Below, piece by piece: positions 24,783 to 39,914 of a stretch of 64,000 nt of DNA. Source of the DNA: Chrysomallon squamiferum (Eukaryota > Animalia > Mollusca); NCBI GenBank assembly GCA_012295275.1, contig CM022667.1:12710001-12774000 (forward strand), given 5' to 3'. Under the pieces are notes generated by a model. The model worked only from the letters and a program-made list of their open reading frames with translations. It searched no databases and was not told the origin of the DNA. Numbering within the stretch: position 1 is the first letter of the stretch; each line of letters begins with the position of its first letter. Position numbers and translations under genes: made by a program.

Positions 24783-27700
24783 CTCTGGGATTTGATTAAC
24801 AGCCAATCTGTTTGACTTGTCATTTTAGTTATATGAGATTTTAAAAATTATTTTATTTTTGACACAACTCTTCAGTGCGTCAATTATATTTATTATATTT
24901 AAATCAATCTCATATCTTTAGATTTTTATTAAATAATTTTTAATTATCTTAAAAATATATGTTCTTGGGGATTTGTGGATGAGTTTGTTTTGTGCTTATT
25001 GTGAATTTCATCCATCAGTCCATTGTTTGACTGATTTCCTTTTTTCTGCCATCTATTACTTTACAATCATCTATTATTTTGTCGCTTCATTCAGTTAAGC
25101 CATGAAACTATTCTGAATTTTGAATATATTTCTAACTTTAATATTTCTTTTCTAGATGGTCAGTATTATGAATGAATGAATATAAACATACTGCTTTCAT
25201 GTTTTATTTATTTATGGGAGTTCATTTAATTATTTATTTTTACTAATTGTGTTAATATTTATTTTATGTATACAACATGAAGTTTATTATAATTTTATTA
25301 ATTTCATTTTCTATTTTTTTATAAACTTGTTTTTACAAATATCCAAATCATTAATTCATTGCCATAATTTGAATAGGAAAGGAAATTTTTATTTTATTTT
25401 ATTTTATTTTATTTCATTTTATTTATCAACTATTAATGAAAAAAATATCTTTTTGAAAGTCTAATTTTGTTATAAAATTTGTATTTTTAAAAAAGAAATG
25501 GTTCAGATTTGTTTCATCTCAAACGAGTAATTAAACTTTAAACACATCCAAATTGAAAACTTGCTTATTAACTTCAGCTTCTAATAATTCATTTGGGAAA
25601 TATTAACATGAAAATGATACACCATCATGATACCTTGAGAAAAAAAATCACTTGGAAATATATTCTGACATTAATTCTACCATTAATCTCCACACCAACG
25701 TCAGTGCGTGTGGCTCGGGGAAAGGTTTCGACAGATTGACACTTTCAAAACTGAACTGGTTAATATTGTACTGGTGACAATTTGTGTTTGTTTTTCACTT
25801 AATAAGACAGTAATTACTAATGTTAATTTGCCCCTATCCTCTTTCTGTGATTAACAGGAGAAACACCAGCAATTGGAAAGAAAATTAATTAACCTGCATG
25901 GGTTGTAGACACCAAATCCATTGGCTTGTACTGTGTCATAAGTGGGCTGGTCAGAGAAGAATTTTTTTTTATAAATAATAATAAAAAATAAAACCCCTAG
26001 AAATTGGCCTGTATATGAAAGTCAGTTTTTCATTATTTATTCTTTTTGTGATTATTTGGTCACTAGTCCTTTGATACTGTTATGTAGCTGAAACATACGG
26101 CTGAAGTTTTAGACAAACAGATATTTTTAAGAATATATAATTTAATCAAAAAATAAAATAAAATGAAATTAAAAATTGACCTGTATTTATTATAAAAGTT
26201 ATTGTTTTTTACATATTATTATTATTTATTATTTTATTTTTCTTTTTATTATTTTATTTTATTTTATTCAGATTTTATTTTTTTATATAAATGTATACAG
26301 TATTTGTTTTAACAAATTTCAAAATTGTTGATTCTTATCCATAACATTAATAGGGAAATGAGATATATATTTTATACTATTTTTAATCATTAATTACTTT
26401 CAATTAAATATTATTTATTTATTTAAATATTAATATTTCAGATAAATAGATTTTAGTGCATTATTATAATTTTTAAATGTATTTAAGAGAAATCCTTAAA
26501 ATTTTTACCTAATAATTTATATAGTTGTAACATTTTGTTATAGTAAATAGCAAATTTACATTTAAAAAAAAATTGAAGAAAAAATATTATTTTGCTATTT
26601 CATTGAAGAAATTTGAGATATTTTGTATTTGTTTTTTAAATATTTATTTTATGAAACAAACTCTGCTAAGTACAAAAGATACTCTAACCAAATTTTATTC
26701 AGAAAATAACCTTTTATAAATGCATGGTGGGTTGTTGTTTTTTGCGGGGATTTTGGTTATTGTAAAACATTTCCCTTTTGAAATAGTTATTACTTTTTAT
26801 TTCTTTCATGTAAGGGAAGAAAATACTTAAAAAGAAATTATAATATGATAATACTGAAGGAAAATGTTTAATATTATTGTTCTTCTTCTTAATTAAAAGT
26901 TTCTGTACAGTATTAATATTTCTAAACTGAAAAGAAAATGCAAAATGAAATATCTGGCAATCTGTCTCTGACAGGAGAAAATAAAAAAGAAAATTTAACA
27001 TTTTTTTATTTACTTAATATCTGGAACAAATATTACAGCTTTACTCAGTTTGTTAAATGTATGCAGAATCACGTGTAATATGTTTGCACCTAAATTAATT
27101 AGGACAAATTTCTCTAACTATTTTTATGGACATTATTTGGAAACTGAAAGCTTTGAATTGATCAAAGTGTAAAAATAAAAATAGCTTTATAAACAGTTCC
27201 TTTTCTCTCTGTCTCTCTATTTTTTTTTTTTTATAACAGATAACCAAAATGCTGACATATGCCACACTTTTCTTTGATCAATAGAGAGCACAGAAAATAA
27301 TAAAAAATTAAATTTTATTTTTTAAATGGGTCTTGTCAGAGCTTTCAATATCTAATATTAGCAACTGTTTCTTAGTTTTCGGTGGCTTATTGTTCACTGT
27401 GATCAAAGGTGAAAGGCAATTTCAAATAACAGAGAGTGAATTTACTCTGTAACAAAGCCATAGGTTTTTATACATGATTGATCAGTGAAGCATGTCGCCT
27501 GGCCTTTTCTTGCTCTTCTTTGACCTCTGATGCCCAGCAGACCAAGCACTCTTAAATTTAGTTGTCGACCCTCATCTTGATAAAGAATGACCTGTAATTA
27601 TGCCATCCCTTATTTGACTTGATGTCACATGTTTTTGTCTGTAATTCCCAAGGGCCACATTCTCATTTGTCTTCAGCTCTTCACCAGTGACCATACGGGT

Positions 27701-30700
27701 GGTTCTCGCCATGTCGAGTGTCGTTAGATAATCTTAATGTCGGAGCTGCAGTCGTTGTAACAAATGGTATTTTAAGCTTGTGGGTTTGTTGCAAGTTTAA
27801 CTTTCTGCTAGTTTTTTTATGATTTTTTCCAATTAGAGGATTAGAAGGTGTTTACCAGTCCATTGTCATGAATGTTGTCTTGCCAAGTCAACACTTAATT
27901 TAGTGAAAATTTTCTTTCAGGATGTCGATTACAGCTTCATTTATTTTAAAATCTACTTTAACAATGTCATAGTGTCTTCCAACACCTGCTTGCCAAGCAA
28001 CAACTGAATGCTTGACACTAGACAAATCAAATCCATGGCTTTTCACAATTTCTCTGAAGATTAATGTTGTTTTTTTTTCTTTTCTATTATGTTATAGTAT
28101 ATATTACTTTTCTTTTACCCATACAAATTATCGACAGTCTTTGTCCATTAATGAGATTTTCATTATATTTATTGTTAACAAAAGGATATTGAACAGAGGG
28201 GCCAAATTGTTGACTTGTTATGTTAAGGCAGTTGTCAAAGTTAGTGTGTCCACGTGCTGCTGGAAAGGACAAGCTTGTCTTGAATCAGTACTGTAACTTC
28301 ATATCATTTATTATTATTGAACACTGTACTTTACAATGCGGGCTATTGTCAGGTCGCCTGGCCTACATTTCACGGCACACGACCCAGTGTTCATTCAGGG
28401 GGGGTCTCGTGCTCTGTCAGGGGGGTCTGGGGCACATGTCTCTTTGTGTGACCTTCTTCATCACCTATGTCACAGTGATTGAACTGACTTGGCCTGAATG
28501 CCAACATGAAAGCGATATTTGTCTGTGATTATAAATGACGAGATTTAATATTTAAAGAATCTGACACCTTTTTGAACTGGTCATGTGTCCACAACTAATG
28601 GCTCTGACAACAAAAGCCTTAACACAATGATTTTGCAACAAACTTTTAATTATGTTATCGTTATATAAGAGGCTTTTATAAACTCCTTAAGCCCATAGTA
28701 AGTAAATCTTTTTATTATTATTTTTTTGTTGTTGTTGTCACACCCTGGTATTCAAACATCACCTGTTCTTGACACCTTCTTCAATAAGCCTAAATTATGA
28801 AAAGAATTCTTGGGCTTTTTTCTTTGAGCAGCACAAGTTCATTTGTTGCAGATTAATTAATTATATGCCAGGACAAGTTTGATGGACAGTTGAGACTTGC
28901 ATTTAATAGTGCTTGAACCTAATTAGTTGATATCTTGTTAACAAATCAAACAAAGTAAAAGCATCTGTCAGGGGTTAATGTGGCACCACACAAAACCCGA
29001 GTTTTATTGGACAATATTACTCAGCGAAAATGACACAAGAATAGTAGGAAATTCGGTCATTTTGAAATATTGCTGACGAGAAAATTGCATGAGATTCATA
29101 ATTGTTCTGAAATTACTGGAACTTTAATTTAAGGTTGAATCATTATATCTTTTCATCATTTGTTAATGTGTTTGAATTATTTATGAGGAAACATTTTTCT
29201 CTTTTTTTTATTTTTAAACTTGTTCATTTATTTCCTTTTTCTCCTCTCATGAAAAGCTTTACATTGTATAGGTGATAGGAGATTCGAGAAAACTAATTGA
29301 AGGGTGCCAAATTAATGGTATTGCTACAGATTAGAATGGACTCTATTGTATGTCATTCTATAATCTAGTGAATCATTGCAATGTTTAGTTTTTAAAATAG
29401 TAATTTAGATTTTAATGTCTTTAGGCATAGCAACACATGTACACAAAAGACAATGTTTCACACTGTTTTTAGGAATTGTTAGCGGGGAAAAAAGTGGAAA
29501 AGGAAGATAGGATGAAAAATATAATCAGAAGATAATAGTTAATATAACAGTATTGATTGTCAGTTTATTTCTTTATTTTTTATTTAAAACTAGATACAAT
29601 TCTAGAAGACTTTTATTTAAATTTTTTATTACGTGATATACATTTGTCTTATTTTACTGATAAAAGCAAAAGTAGTAAAATGAATATTAATGTGGTTTTT
29701 GTACTAAACAAGACTTTCTTTATACATAAAACACAATATGAATTTACTACAGGTGTCATAGGATATAAAACAAATCTCGGCCTGTAATTCTACCCATATA
29801 CAGAATCTGAACCTGCAATAAAATCTTCCTGCAACAAGGGTGTATCAAGGTACATTTCAAAAACAGACACAGCATTTTCATTTTTTTTTACATTTTCTAA
29901 AAGTGTGCCTGGACTGTTATGAAAAGAGTTGCTGGCTTTAATTCCAGCAATTTTTGTGTTTGATGAGATTTTCAAGCTCAGATGAAGAAGAAGACTATGA
30001 ATAAATTGTAGTATTGTATGACAACACCTACACACACAGCAAGTGTTAGACAGACTACGCGTGGCTTGGCGGGCCAGGACGTACGCTCGGTGCACTGTTT
30101 CAGGTCATTTTTCAATAGAGTGTTTGTTGCCGATACGGCCATCAAGCACACACTGTACTGGTACGTAATTATAGGTAATCTTTTTTTTTTGTCAGTGACA
30201 CGGTTCAAGTGAACACTCCTACAGTACGTTACAGAATTAAAAAACTCATGTTTCGGATTGTGTAAAACAACATCTGCCCAACTTTGTGGACTAAACCACT
30301 ACAATCAATTAAAATAAATACAACTTTCTTGACTGGCGGTCGTTCACTTTTTGTACCCCTCCACTGATCACCTCCCTCCCCTAATTCAACTGCTTTCCCT
30401 TTTTGTATTGATATCAACTTGAGTTCATTTAAGTAAAAAAAAAAAAATAGTAATAATAATAATTAAAAAAAGAAGTATTTTCAAATCATGATTGTAATTT
30501 TCAGCCATTGATTTATATACCAAGATGATTTACATGGGTGTCTTTGATTAGATTCTGTAAGAAACCTTGCTAAGACAGTATGTAGGTAAAGATTGATTGT
30601 GTTTTCTTGGAGAGATGTCTATTTTCAAACCTTTCTGTCAATCAGGTACTCTTATAACGACTGTTTTAATTTCCGTTGCTTACATTTTAACATAGCCTAA

Positions 30701-31580
30701 CTGCTGTCACAGAGAAAGGAATGCCATTAACCAGTGACTTGACTGAAGAAACAGCTTTAAGAGTGACTGAGTGCATTAATGAATGAGTAAGCAAAATCAC
30801 TGGATGGATAAAAGAATGAAAGAAAAAGTAAATGAAAATTTGTATACAGAAATTATCAAATATAATACAGAACTTGTACACAGGTTAATATATATATCAT
30901 TGTTATCATTTTTCGTTTATTTTCATCATCATCATTGTGAAAAACTGTTATTATCACTGCTTTGTTCATTGAAACATTGTAAAGTAACTTACTGAAACAT
31001 AAATTAAAGTTGTAAAATATAATGGCTTTAATGGTAGGAACTGCTGGCTCTTGTGTTGTTACTGGATTTTGAAAAAAAAAAAAAAAAAATTCAACATATT
31101 TATTTAATCAAATTTTTTTTGTTTTAAATTTAAATTTATATTTGGCAACATACTATCGAACATAATGGTACATTATCTGAAAAAAATAAGTAATTTGTTG
31201 ACATATTTCTCATTTGGGTTATTTATAATGACAATAACATATTTAGATGTAAAAATAGTGTGTATTTGCTGGACCAATTGATTTGTGTTTTTCAAGAGAG
31301 ATTAGTGTAAAGCGGCTGTAATATTAAGGCTTTACTCAAGTTAAGTGCTCTGAGTTTTAACAGTGTGATTGAACACAAAGTTAACCACAGGAAAACAAGT
31401 GGGTGTTGTAGAAGATGTTGATGAAAAAGAATCCTCATTGTTGCTATAAACACTGTTTATGACTTCAAAAGTCAGCTAGTTCAATAGGTAATTGGCTGAA
31501 AGTCCATTGTCATTATTATTGGTAGTTATCACTTGTCATTTTCATTGACTTCATCATCATCATCATCATCATTATCATCA

Positions 31581-31616
<36 letters not shown>

Positions 31617-34600
31617 GTTTTTATTACTTCTACTATAGTTACTATATTATTATTATTTCATTATCATTATTACATTATTATTAATATTTTTATTACTTCT
31701 GCTATAATTACTATATTATTATCACTTTATCATTAATACATTTTTATTATTATTATTTATTATCAACACGATTGTTAGATAAATGATATCCATACATTTA
31801 ACAAATCCTCTCATTCATTTTTTTTTTTAATTTTAAAATTTATTTTATCTAGCTTACTTTATAATCACTTTTTGTTTTTATTTAATACCAATTTAAGATA
31901 TATTCATCAGGCCTGAAAAATGAAAAACAATCAATATTAATTGTTTCGAATGTATAATCTTAATTGTTTTAATTATTTTTTTAATTTTGTGGTACATTTC
32001 AGGAGAAAGATATTTTTCTTATCAAAATTTCATTTGATCCTAATTAACATAAAATAATAATGCTATAAATTTTATTTTATTGGTTTCAAAAATGCATTTT
32101 AAAAACTGCTATTGACTTTTAAAATCATAATTAGGATATAATCTTGTTTAGAGTTTGTTTTTGTTTATAATATAAATTTGCACCAAATAACCTTTAACTT
32201 GACCTGCTTATAATTTATGAACTTTCACTTTTTGACTAATGCATTTTGCTTTTGGTTACGTAATATGGACTGGCTGACCTGTGACCTGTGACTTGACCTC
32301 ATTTGAAATGTGACAGCATGTTGTAATATGATGCAGTAACGACATACCATGTATTAGTCTTGTAACATTCTAAATGTTTTATTGTCCTCATATTAACATA
32401 ATTTATTACTGAACACTGACACACTACTGAATTATTATAAAACGTTACAGTGATTCTTTTGACATGTCAGAAATTTGATGTTTTTGCACTTAGCAGTTTT
32501 AACTTTTGCAGAATGCACTTGAAAACATACTTAATGTTTGTGATATACAAGTAGGCTATAGTATAAATTCACCAAAATTAAATATGCTTGAAAGTGTTTA
32601 ATTCATACTCAGTAATGTCAGTAAGTGGATCATTCATCTATTTTTTTTTAAATAATTTATTCAAAAATACTTCTCTTTCTTCTTTTTAAACCTCATTCTT
32701 ATCATCATCATCATCATCATCAACAACAACAACAACATTATTATTGTATTTTATTATTTTTTTTATTATTTTTATTATTATTATTATAATGCATTGAAAC
32801 TTTCACCATTAAACGTAAACATGTACAAATGCTACAAGTAATTGTGAATCATGGAAACCTCTTTATTTCTGAACTTTCTGCACTTGCTCACCTCTCCTGA
32901 GTTCATCACGGTAATATTATATAACTAACTGATACCACAACTTGATGTAAAATGACATCATGTATGAAGTAACAGTCTGTTTAGAAATCTTAACAGCCTC
33001 ATTAGTTAATCTGCTGCAAACTTTTTATCAGTGAAAGTGTCTGATCCAGACTTGTTAATTGTGACGACATTACCTAACTTGTTGTTATACAGGAAAGTCT
33101 AGACAATATGGTATATTAGGAGAAAAAAATGCAAGGAATGCACTCTTTTATTAAGATTTATTAGATATTTGGTGTTGGGTTCTAATGTTCATTATAAAAA
33201 GCCAGGTTTGTTAGAAAGATTATTTTATGATTACCTTCATTTATTTATTTAAAAAAAATAATAATAAAAAAAAATTAAAAAAAAAAAAAAAAAAAAATAT
33301 TATTTTGTAAAATATCAGTAATATAGTGCTATGAATGTTTTGGATCAGTTGTATTCCAGATCTTGTAAGAATTTTGCAACTGTTTGAAATGATAATATCA
33401 TAATAATTGACTGAAAGATAAAATTAATAGTAAAGCCTGTTTTATCAGCAAATAAGTGCATGTTATTTTGAACAGTCAAAACACACTGATGTGTGTTACT
33501 TTTTAGTTTGTTCATACATCCATCCATCAGGCTATCCATTCATTCATCCATCCATCCATCCATTCATTCCTTCATTCATTTATTTATTTGTACTGTACTC
33601 AGTATTTCCATCAGGGAGTGGATATTATGTAAAAAATTGGAATGCTGGGAATTCCATTATTATTTTATTTTTTTTAAAACATGTTTAACAAGAGGCAGGA
33701 TGTTGATGAATTCCTAACCACAAGAGATTATAGGAGCCACTTGTGTTATGAAGAACAGTAGCAAGTCCAAAGATGTGGTTTACCTCAAATCATTGCTTTG
33801 CAGGGTGTTAATAGCAGTTCATTTGTACCCTTAGTCAGGTATCTTGCTGTTAGCCCATCCTTGGTTTCATCCTCAGCCATCAGTTATTATTCAGTACATA
33901 TCTATATAAATGTATCCCTCTGCATTTGACCTTATATTATTGAGTATATTTTTAAACATTTTCTTTTAATAAAGATTATATTCAGAAAGAAAGTAAAAGA
34001 AAGGTGAAAGTAGCAGGAGTAGAAAACAGCTACAGTAGCAAATTGTACTTGATATTAGGAATACAAAATGAATAACTTAGAATGTACTCAGGTTCCAAAT
34101 AAATATTTTACTAATAATTAGATAATGACAGTGACAACAAACTCCTAATTAAACTTTAATTTCTTTATTGTCTCTTATTTCCTATTTATTAATGAAGAAT
34201 AGATTATATAAATAAAAAAACTGTTTTTAAAAAATCAGTATGCAGAAAGGCACATTAGAAAACATTTGAAATAAAAGTGTCTGCATTAAGATTCTAACCA
34301 AAATTGTTTTAAAGTGTAGAAGTGTGCATTTATAAGAATGAAAACTTTTAAAAAAAGTAATATATGTTTTAAGGCTTAGAATAAAGAGTTTTTAAAAAGT
34401 ATTGTTGAGTGTAACTTTATATGTGTAATTGAAAAATATTTTAACATCAGTGAATGTTGATAGGCCTAAGATGGAAAATGTAACAATAGTTTATACATTA
34501 AGAAGGTGTAGGTGTTAAATAAAACATATTTAAAAAGTGATAAATTTTCACAGTTTGAAGTAAAGAAAATTTAAAAGATAGCGTACAATCTAATATGGAT

Positions 34601-35566
34601 ACCTTTTGCTTTAAATTTAGAAAACATTTAAAAAGTAATATAAGACAGTCTAGGAGTGTTTGAATAGATGCAAGTTAAACTGTAACTCACGTTAAATTAT
34701 GATCGTGTTTTATGATGCATGCACACAAATTATTTGCTTCATTTCATGTGGTAATCGTATAAAAGTGTTTTTAAGGAGTGGAGTGTGCCAGGTACCATTC
34801 ATCGAACAGAGATAATCTTTCAGGTTGGGGTGGAGGTGGCACATGTGTGCATGTTTACCATCTGTTTCTTTTGATGTGGTCAGATTAATACCTTGTCTTT
34901 CTTACATATTTTGTTTTCTTCATTCTTGTCAAATGTTAAGGATAGGCCATTTAGCCTTGAGAATTTATTTTTTAATTGTAAGGGATTTAATGTTAACATA
35001 ACTAATAAGAACGATTTTATCTCAGAGTTTTCATGAGCAATGACTTTTAAGATATATATATATATATATATTAAAAAAAATTTAAAATAATAAAAAGAAT
35101 TAAACACTAGAACAGTAGTGTAGCTTTAAAATGATAACTGATGAACCAAGCATTTTTATTGTTAACTGATTTATGAAGCATAACTTAGTTATTTAAAATA
35201 AAGATTTTTTCTAAATTTTTTGAAAAGAAAACATGTATAGGACAGCTTGCAATTAATTTAAACGTACAAGATATAATTATGTTTTATATATATTTGAAGA
35301 CTTTCTCTAATGAAAAAAATGGGTCCAGGTAAATAATAATGTTAAACACCCCCCAAACCCCCCCACACAATAAATAGAAAAAATCTCAGTGAAAAGAAAA
35401 AAGAGTAGACCAGGCATCAATTATTAATTAACTTTCATACTTCATTATTAACAAAGGTTGAAAGTATATAAATATATATGTCATTTATAATCACCCATGA
35501 ATATACAGTTCAGGTTTTTATTTAAAAAAAAATGAATTAACTATCTTTTTTTACTTGATTTTTCAG

Positions 35567-35620
35567 ACCCGACAAAGAAGTACAAACGTTAGTCCAACAG
35601 AAACCAGTGAGAGTGAATGA
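35567..35620 (+). CDS. CBFB: Probable alternative terminal coding exon 6 of CBFB (isoform B, 192 aa)
   Basis: Strong acceptor (ttaac, ctatcttttttttacttgatttttcag). Phase-0 reading TRQRSTNVSPTETSESE* is followed by a second stop (TAA) and T-rich UTR-like sequence with TGTACATA at 35647. Joins in frame to the 14413 donor. No homology check was possible. Confidence 0.6.
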   Translation, partial: TRQRSTNVSPTETSESE

Positions 35621-37279
35621 TAAATACCTTCCTTGGAAGAAGAGGATGTACATACTGTAACATATATACCTCCTAAAGAGGCTAACTTATTTATTTTTAT
35701 GTCAATATTATAATTTACAGATTTAATATATACAGCATAAAACTATTTTTTAAACATATTTAATGCTTATTTAAAGATGTGATTGCATAACTCAAATAAT
35801 TCGCATTTGTCAGGTGCATAGTAATAATGTTTTAAATAATAATAAATGTTGTAATAATGAGGTAAAATTGATATTTCAATTAGTCATTGAATTTTTTAAT
35901 GTTAAAAGATTAAGTTTTATTTATTGTTTTAATTTAATCTTTAATTGTTTTTTTTTTTTTTTTTTTTTTTTTTGGGTAGGCTGTAAGGAAAAAGTAGAAT
36001 AAAAGTATAATTTTAAAGTTTAGAACGTTGGCAAATTAAGTAAGCCTTACTTTTTTAATACTCATTGAAGTGAGATTAACAATTTGGCATCATAATAATA
36101 TGCAAATTATATGCACAAAATTGTTTTTTCTTTTAATTTTTATTTCTAAATTACATCAAATTTTATATTATCATTTAACCAGATTTTTGTTTTTATAAAT
36201 GTAATATTTCTAGTGCTTTATATTTCACTTTTACTTTTTCAAATTTTTGTCATAAATATTTTCAGATAAGACCCATATATTTATTCTATATTTTTGGAAA
36301 TTATAATTTTTTTAAAAGAAAATGTTTATCATCAATTCATGTTTTTGAGAAATATTTTTATTAACACTATTCTGTTAATGTTATTTGTATTGTGCTATTA
36401 CTTAACAAAGATTTGCCAAAGGTGTACTTAATTAACATGTTTCATTGTATTTATCTGCACTGTGTCCATACATACATAAGCTATCAGTGGTTTCAGAATT
36501 GTATTTTATAACTCTTAAGCTAAAGATTTCCTTGTGTTCTTTTGTCTCTTGTTGAATCTAGTCATCACCATCAAGTATTATCATGTAATTCCTATTGTAA
36601 TTTTTTTTTTTTTTTTTTATCATTTCATTCATTTTTATGTTTTTGTACTCATCCATTTTTTTGTATTTATTTTTTTTACATTTTTGTAAATCATCATTTT
36701 GTTATGTACTAGTCAGTTTTGTAGTTTCAGTTTCCAATTTTGTTTAATTACTCTGAAATTAAAAAAAATAATAACAAAAGATAATTTAATGTTCTAGCAA
36801 ATATCTTGATAAATTATTTATCTTTATTCTGTATTACCTAATGGCTGTTCTTATTCCAGATACCATTTTACTTGTAATCAATTTTTTTTCTTCTTTTTTT
36901 TTTTATTTATGACATCTGTTGTTTATGATTGATTATATTTTTGGACACACCTACACTGTTGTTAGTAGGAGATGTTTTTCTTGTTTTTATAATTAATATT
37001 TAAAAAAATAAAAATAAGCCAAAAGGAAAGAAAAGTAGAAAAAAAAAAAAAATGTTTTAAAATCCATCATAAAATGTCTATAAAACAGACTTGGTAAACA
37101 TATAAATTTAGAACGTGCATTAATCCTCTTTCATGTATATTTTAATTTGCAATACAAGACAATAATGCATGCATCATACTCTTCAAGTGATACTGCACCA
37201 CCACCCACTTTCCCTTACCTACAAGTTCCGAGTCTCCATTGGCATTAGGTACTTGTTGGAAGTACATAGCCTGCAGCTA

Positions 37280-37445
37280 ATTATGGTCATGTCACCTGAC
37301 GTCATGATGTGTTGAATGAAGAGACACGAGATCTAAAAATAGCAAGCCATCGGATCAATAGAAGATATATTGGTAGTTTACGTAGACGAGTGACGAAGTG
37401 GTGCATGCGGTGTACAACTGCGGTTTATTGATGTCGTATGGACAA
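37280..37445. promoter_or_regulatory. Candidate CRE/MEF2/Runx element
   Basis: TGACGTCA 37297-37304, CTAAAAATAG 37333-37342, TGCGGT 37406 and 37419; a CpG-rich island in CpG-poor surroundings. Confidence 0.4.
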
Positions 37446-37699
37446 ATAGGTCTGTTTTGTTTTACCACATATTTATCTTGGTAGTGGGTGGTTTTATGGC
37501 TTTTTCATAATCATTGCCGGTAATCAGGCTTTCCAAGAATTACTTTCAGAAAATATCTTCTGCCTACTGTTGTTGTTTGACTTTTTGAATGTTCGTTGCT
37601 TGTAAGGACAAATGTTCTAGATTTATTAGTTCTAGATTTATTTCTAGATAAATCAGTTCTGATGCTGCGCTTTTTATTTTCAAGTGGACCTTGTTTATT

Positions 37700-37945
37700 T
37701 TGAATTATGGTCACCTCTATATAAAGACCACTTTTATTTTGTCATTTTTTTTTTTTTTTATGTTACACAACAGTAATTTTTTTATAATCAGATGAGACAA
37801 TGTTAATTATTCATTTTGGTTATCTGTATATAAAAACCTATCAGCAGATTGCATTGTTAACTTCTTATTATGTTTACCTTTATATAAAGACCAATTTTAT
37901 CATGATCCAGGTTGTAATAATATGGTCATTATAAAGAGTTCACAA
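37700..37945. mobile_element. Possible decayed non-autonomous DNA transposon (MITE) remnant
   Basis: Repeated acct(c/t)tatataaagacca at about 37713 and 37876, plus a reverse-oriented tggtcattata; this resembles subterminal repeats of small invertebrate MITEs. No intact TIR or TSD found. Confidence 0.3.
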
Positions 37946-39908
37946 ACAAAATCATCCTTTCTTTTATAGGTTTTTCCACTTTCATTTTTATTCTTTTTTT
38001 CTTTCTTTCTTTTTTCTATTTGATTTTTTTAATATCATTTTGCCATATTTAAAATGAGTTTTGTATTTTTGAGTGTTTGACATGACATCCACTAGCTGTT
38101 AATGTAATAACATCACTAAACCATCACTGTGCTTATTATTTAACTGTATTTTAATGTGTGTATAATTTGCTAGTATTCACCATTGATTATGATATATTCA
38201 ACAAAGATTTGTAAAAGATTTTTTATTTTTTATTTTTAAATGATTAATTCATGATAAGCCATCAGATCATATTTAAAGTATTATTTTCTTTTCTGAGTGT
38301 AAAGATATTTTATGTGTATCAGTGTTTAGTACAAGTTTTGTTTTATATGTTTGCAACGTAATTTTTACTTTGATCTCCTGTCCCACATTATAAAACAGCC
38401 CGGTGCCATGTTTGTTGTTTTGGAGTTAAAAAAATACATCAAGTGTAAACTGTTTATATTTGTATCTCACTGTGAAATGTTTTATATTGTAATGAGCCGT
38501 GATGTGTTTGTATCAGTTTGGTTATTAGAGATACAACTTAGAAGAAACCTACTGGATACCAACATTTTTTTATTTTTGAGGATTTGTTAAGTGAAATATT
38601 TCCCATTAACATTTAATAATATAATAAATTTTAGTATGAAAATAAATACTAATAAATTAGATATCAACGACGATTTTTTGATCAAGTCTGAAAGTGGAAA
38701 TTTACTGCCACTGCTGTTTATTATTAATTTCATTTCTTGACATAATAATAATAATTTAGTTTATAATACTACTGGATCATCACTGATTATTTCTGGACAG
38801 GAAATCACATGCTATTGTTAATGACAAACTGTTGTGGAATTATTGGGAAAAAGCTCAGTGGGTGCCCCAAGTTATAAATCTCTGCCCAATTTATGATATA
38901 TGTAAACATTTGTCATAGGAAAACACAAACATATTTATGTATGTGTTTCTTGTTGATCTCCCTATGTTCCCATTTATTTTTATTATTGTTATATTTTTTT
39001 TAACTAAAAAGAAAGTCTTAATAAATTTAAAAAAAATATATATTTTTTTATTAACTAATAAAATGAGAACAATGACAAATGTTGCTTTATGCAGTTATAA
39101 ACACTGGATAATAATGATCACCATTATTAGATTATCAGGTTATTATTTTTTTATTATTATTATTATTAGTATTATTGTCTGAATTTATAAAATACTATTG
39201 TGCAATATTGTTACATTTAAGTGTAGCTAAGAGCAGTGCAATCCAATGCAGCTGGTATAAACAAGTTGAACTATACAATAATAGTTTATTTAGTATTTTT
39301 GTTCTGTTTTGTCTTTTGTCCACACAGTGGTATTTTGCTTGAAATATTAAACAAACAATACCAAATTTGTTGATGCCATTCCACAGAATACTCCAAAAAA
39401 GTTTAAATTTGGCTTGGTTGGATTAGATTTGTCGACATAAACAATTTTGAATTGTTTTGAAGCTTTGAAGATACTAAGTTACTGATAAGGAAATAAATAT
39501 TTGAATTTCAGTATTTATATTTATTTCAAAGCTTGTTCTAGACTTCAAATACATTATCAGAATACATCTTTTAAATAAGAATTAAAATAAAAAAATTAAA
39601 ATTTAATCTTCATGAATTCTTTTTAAATTTTAACTTGATCTTTATAAACCTGTTTACTTTAGTAATTTATTGTTAATTGTCACACTAATTGATGTGTTGT
39701 TACGTATTTGTCAAAGTCGTGAGAAATTGTCACTACATAGTTTTGTGGGTATTTTTTTAAATAACAGCTGTTGTCAATTTATCTAAAGTCATTAGTTCTG
39801 TTTTTGTTTTGTGCATATTTCATTACATTCCTTTGTGTAAGAACTGTTTTGTGACAATGAATTTGTTTGTTCATCATGGAAACTAACCACTTAACATTAA
39901 AGATTTTC

Positions 39909-39914
39909 AATAAA
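39909..39914 (+). terminator. Candidate polyadenylation signal for the long CBFB 3' UTR
   Basis: AATAAA followed about 25 nt later by GT-rich ctttgttgttc; + strand composition shifts from T-rich to A-rich just downstream. Confidence 0.35.

Noticed and set aside
38507-38565. Imperfect ~60-nt hairpin as a pre-miRNA
   Set aside because: Many mismatches and no match to conserved miRNA families I can recall.
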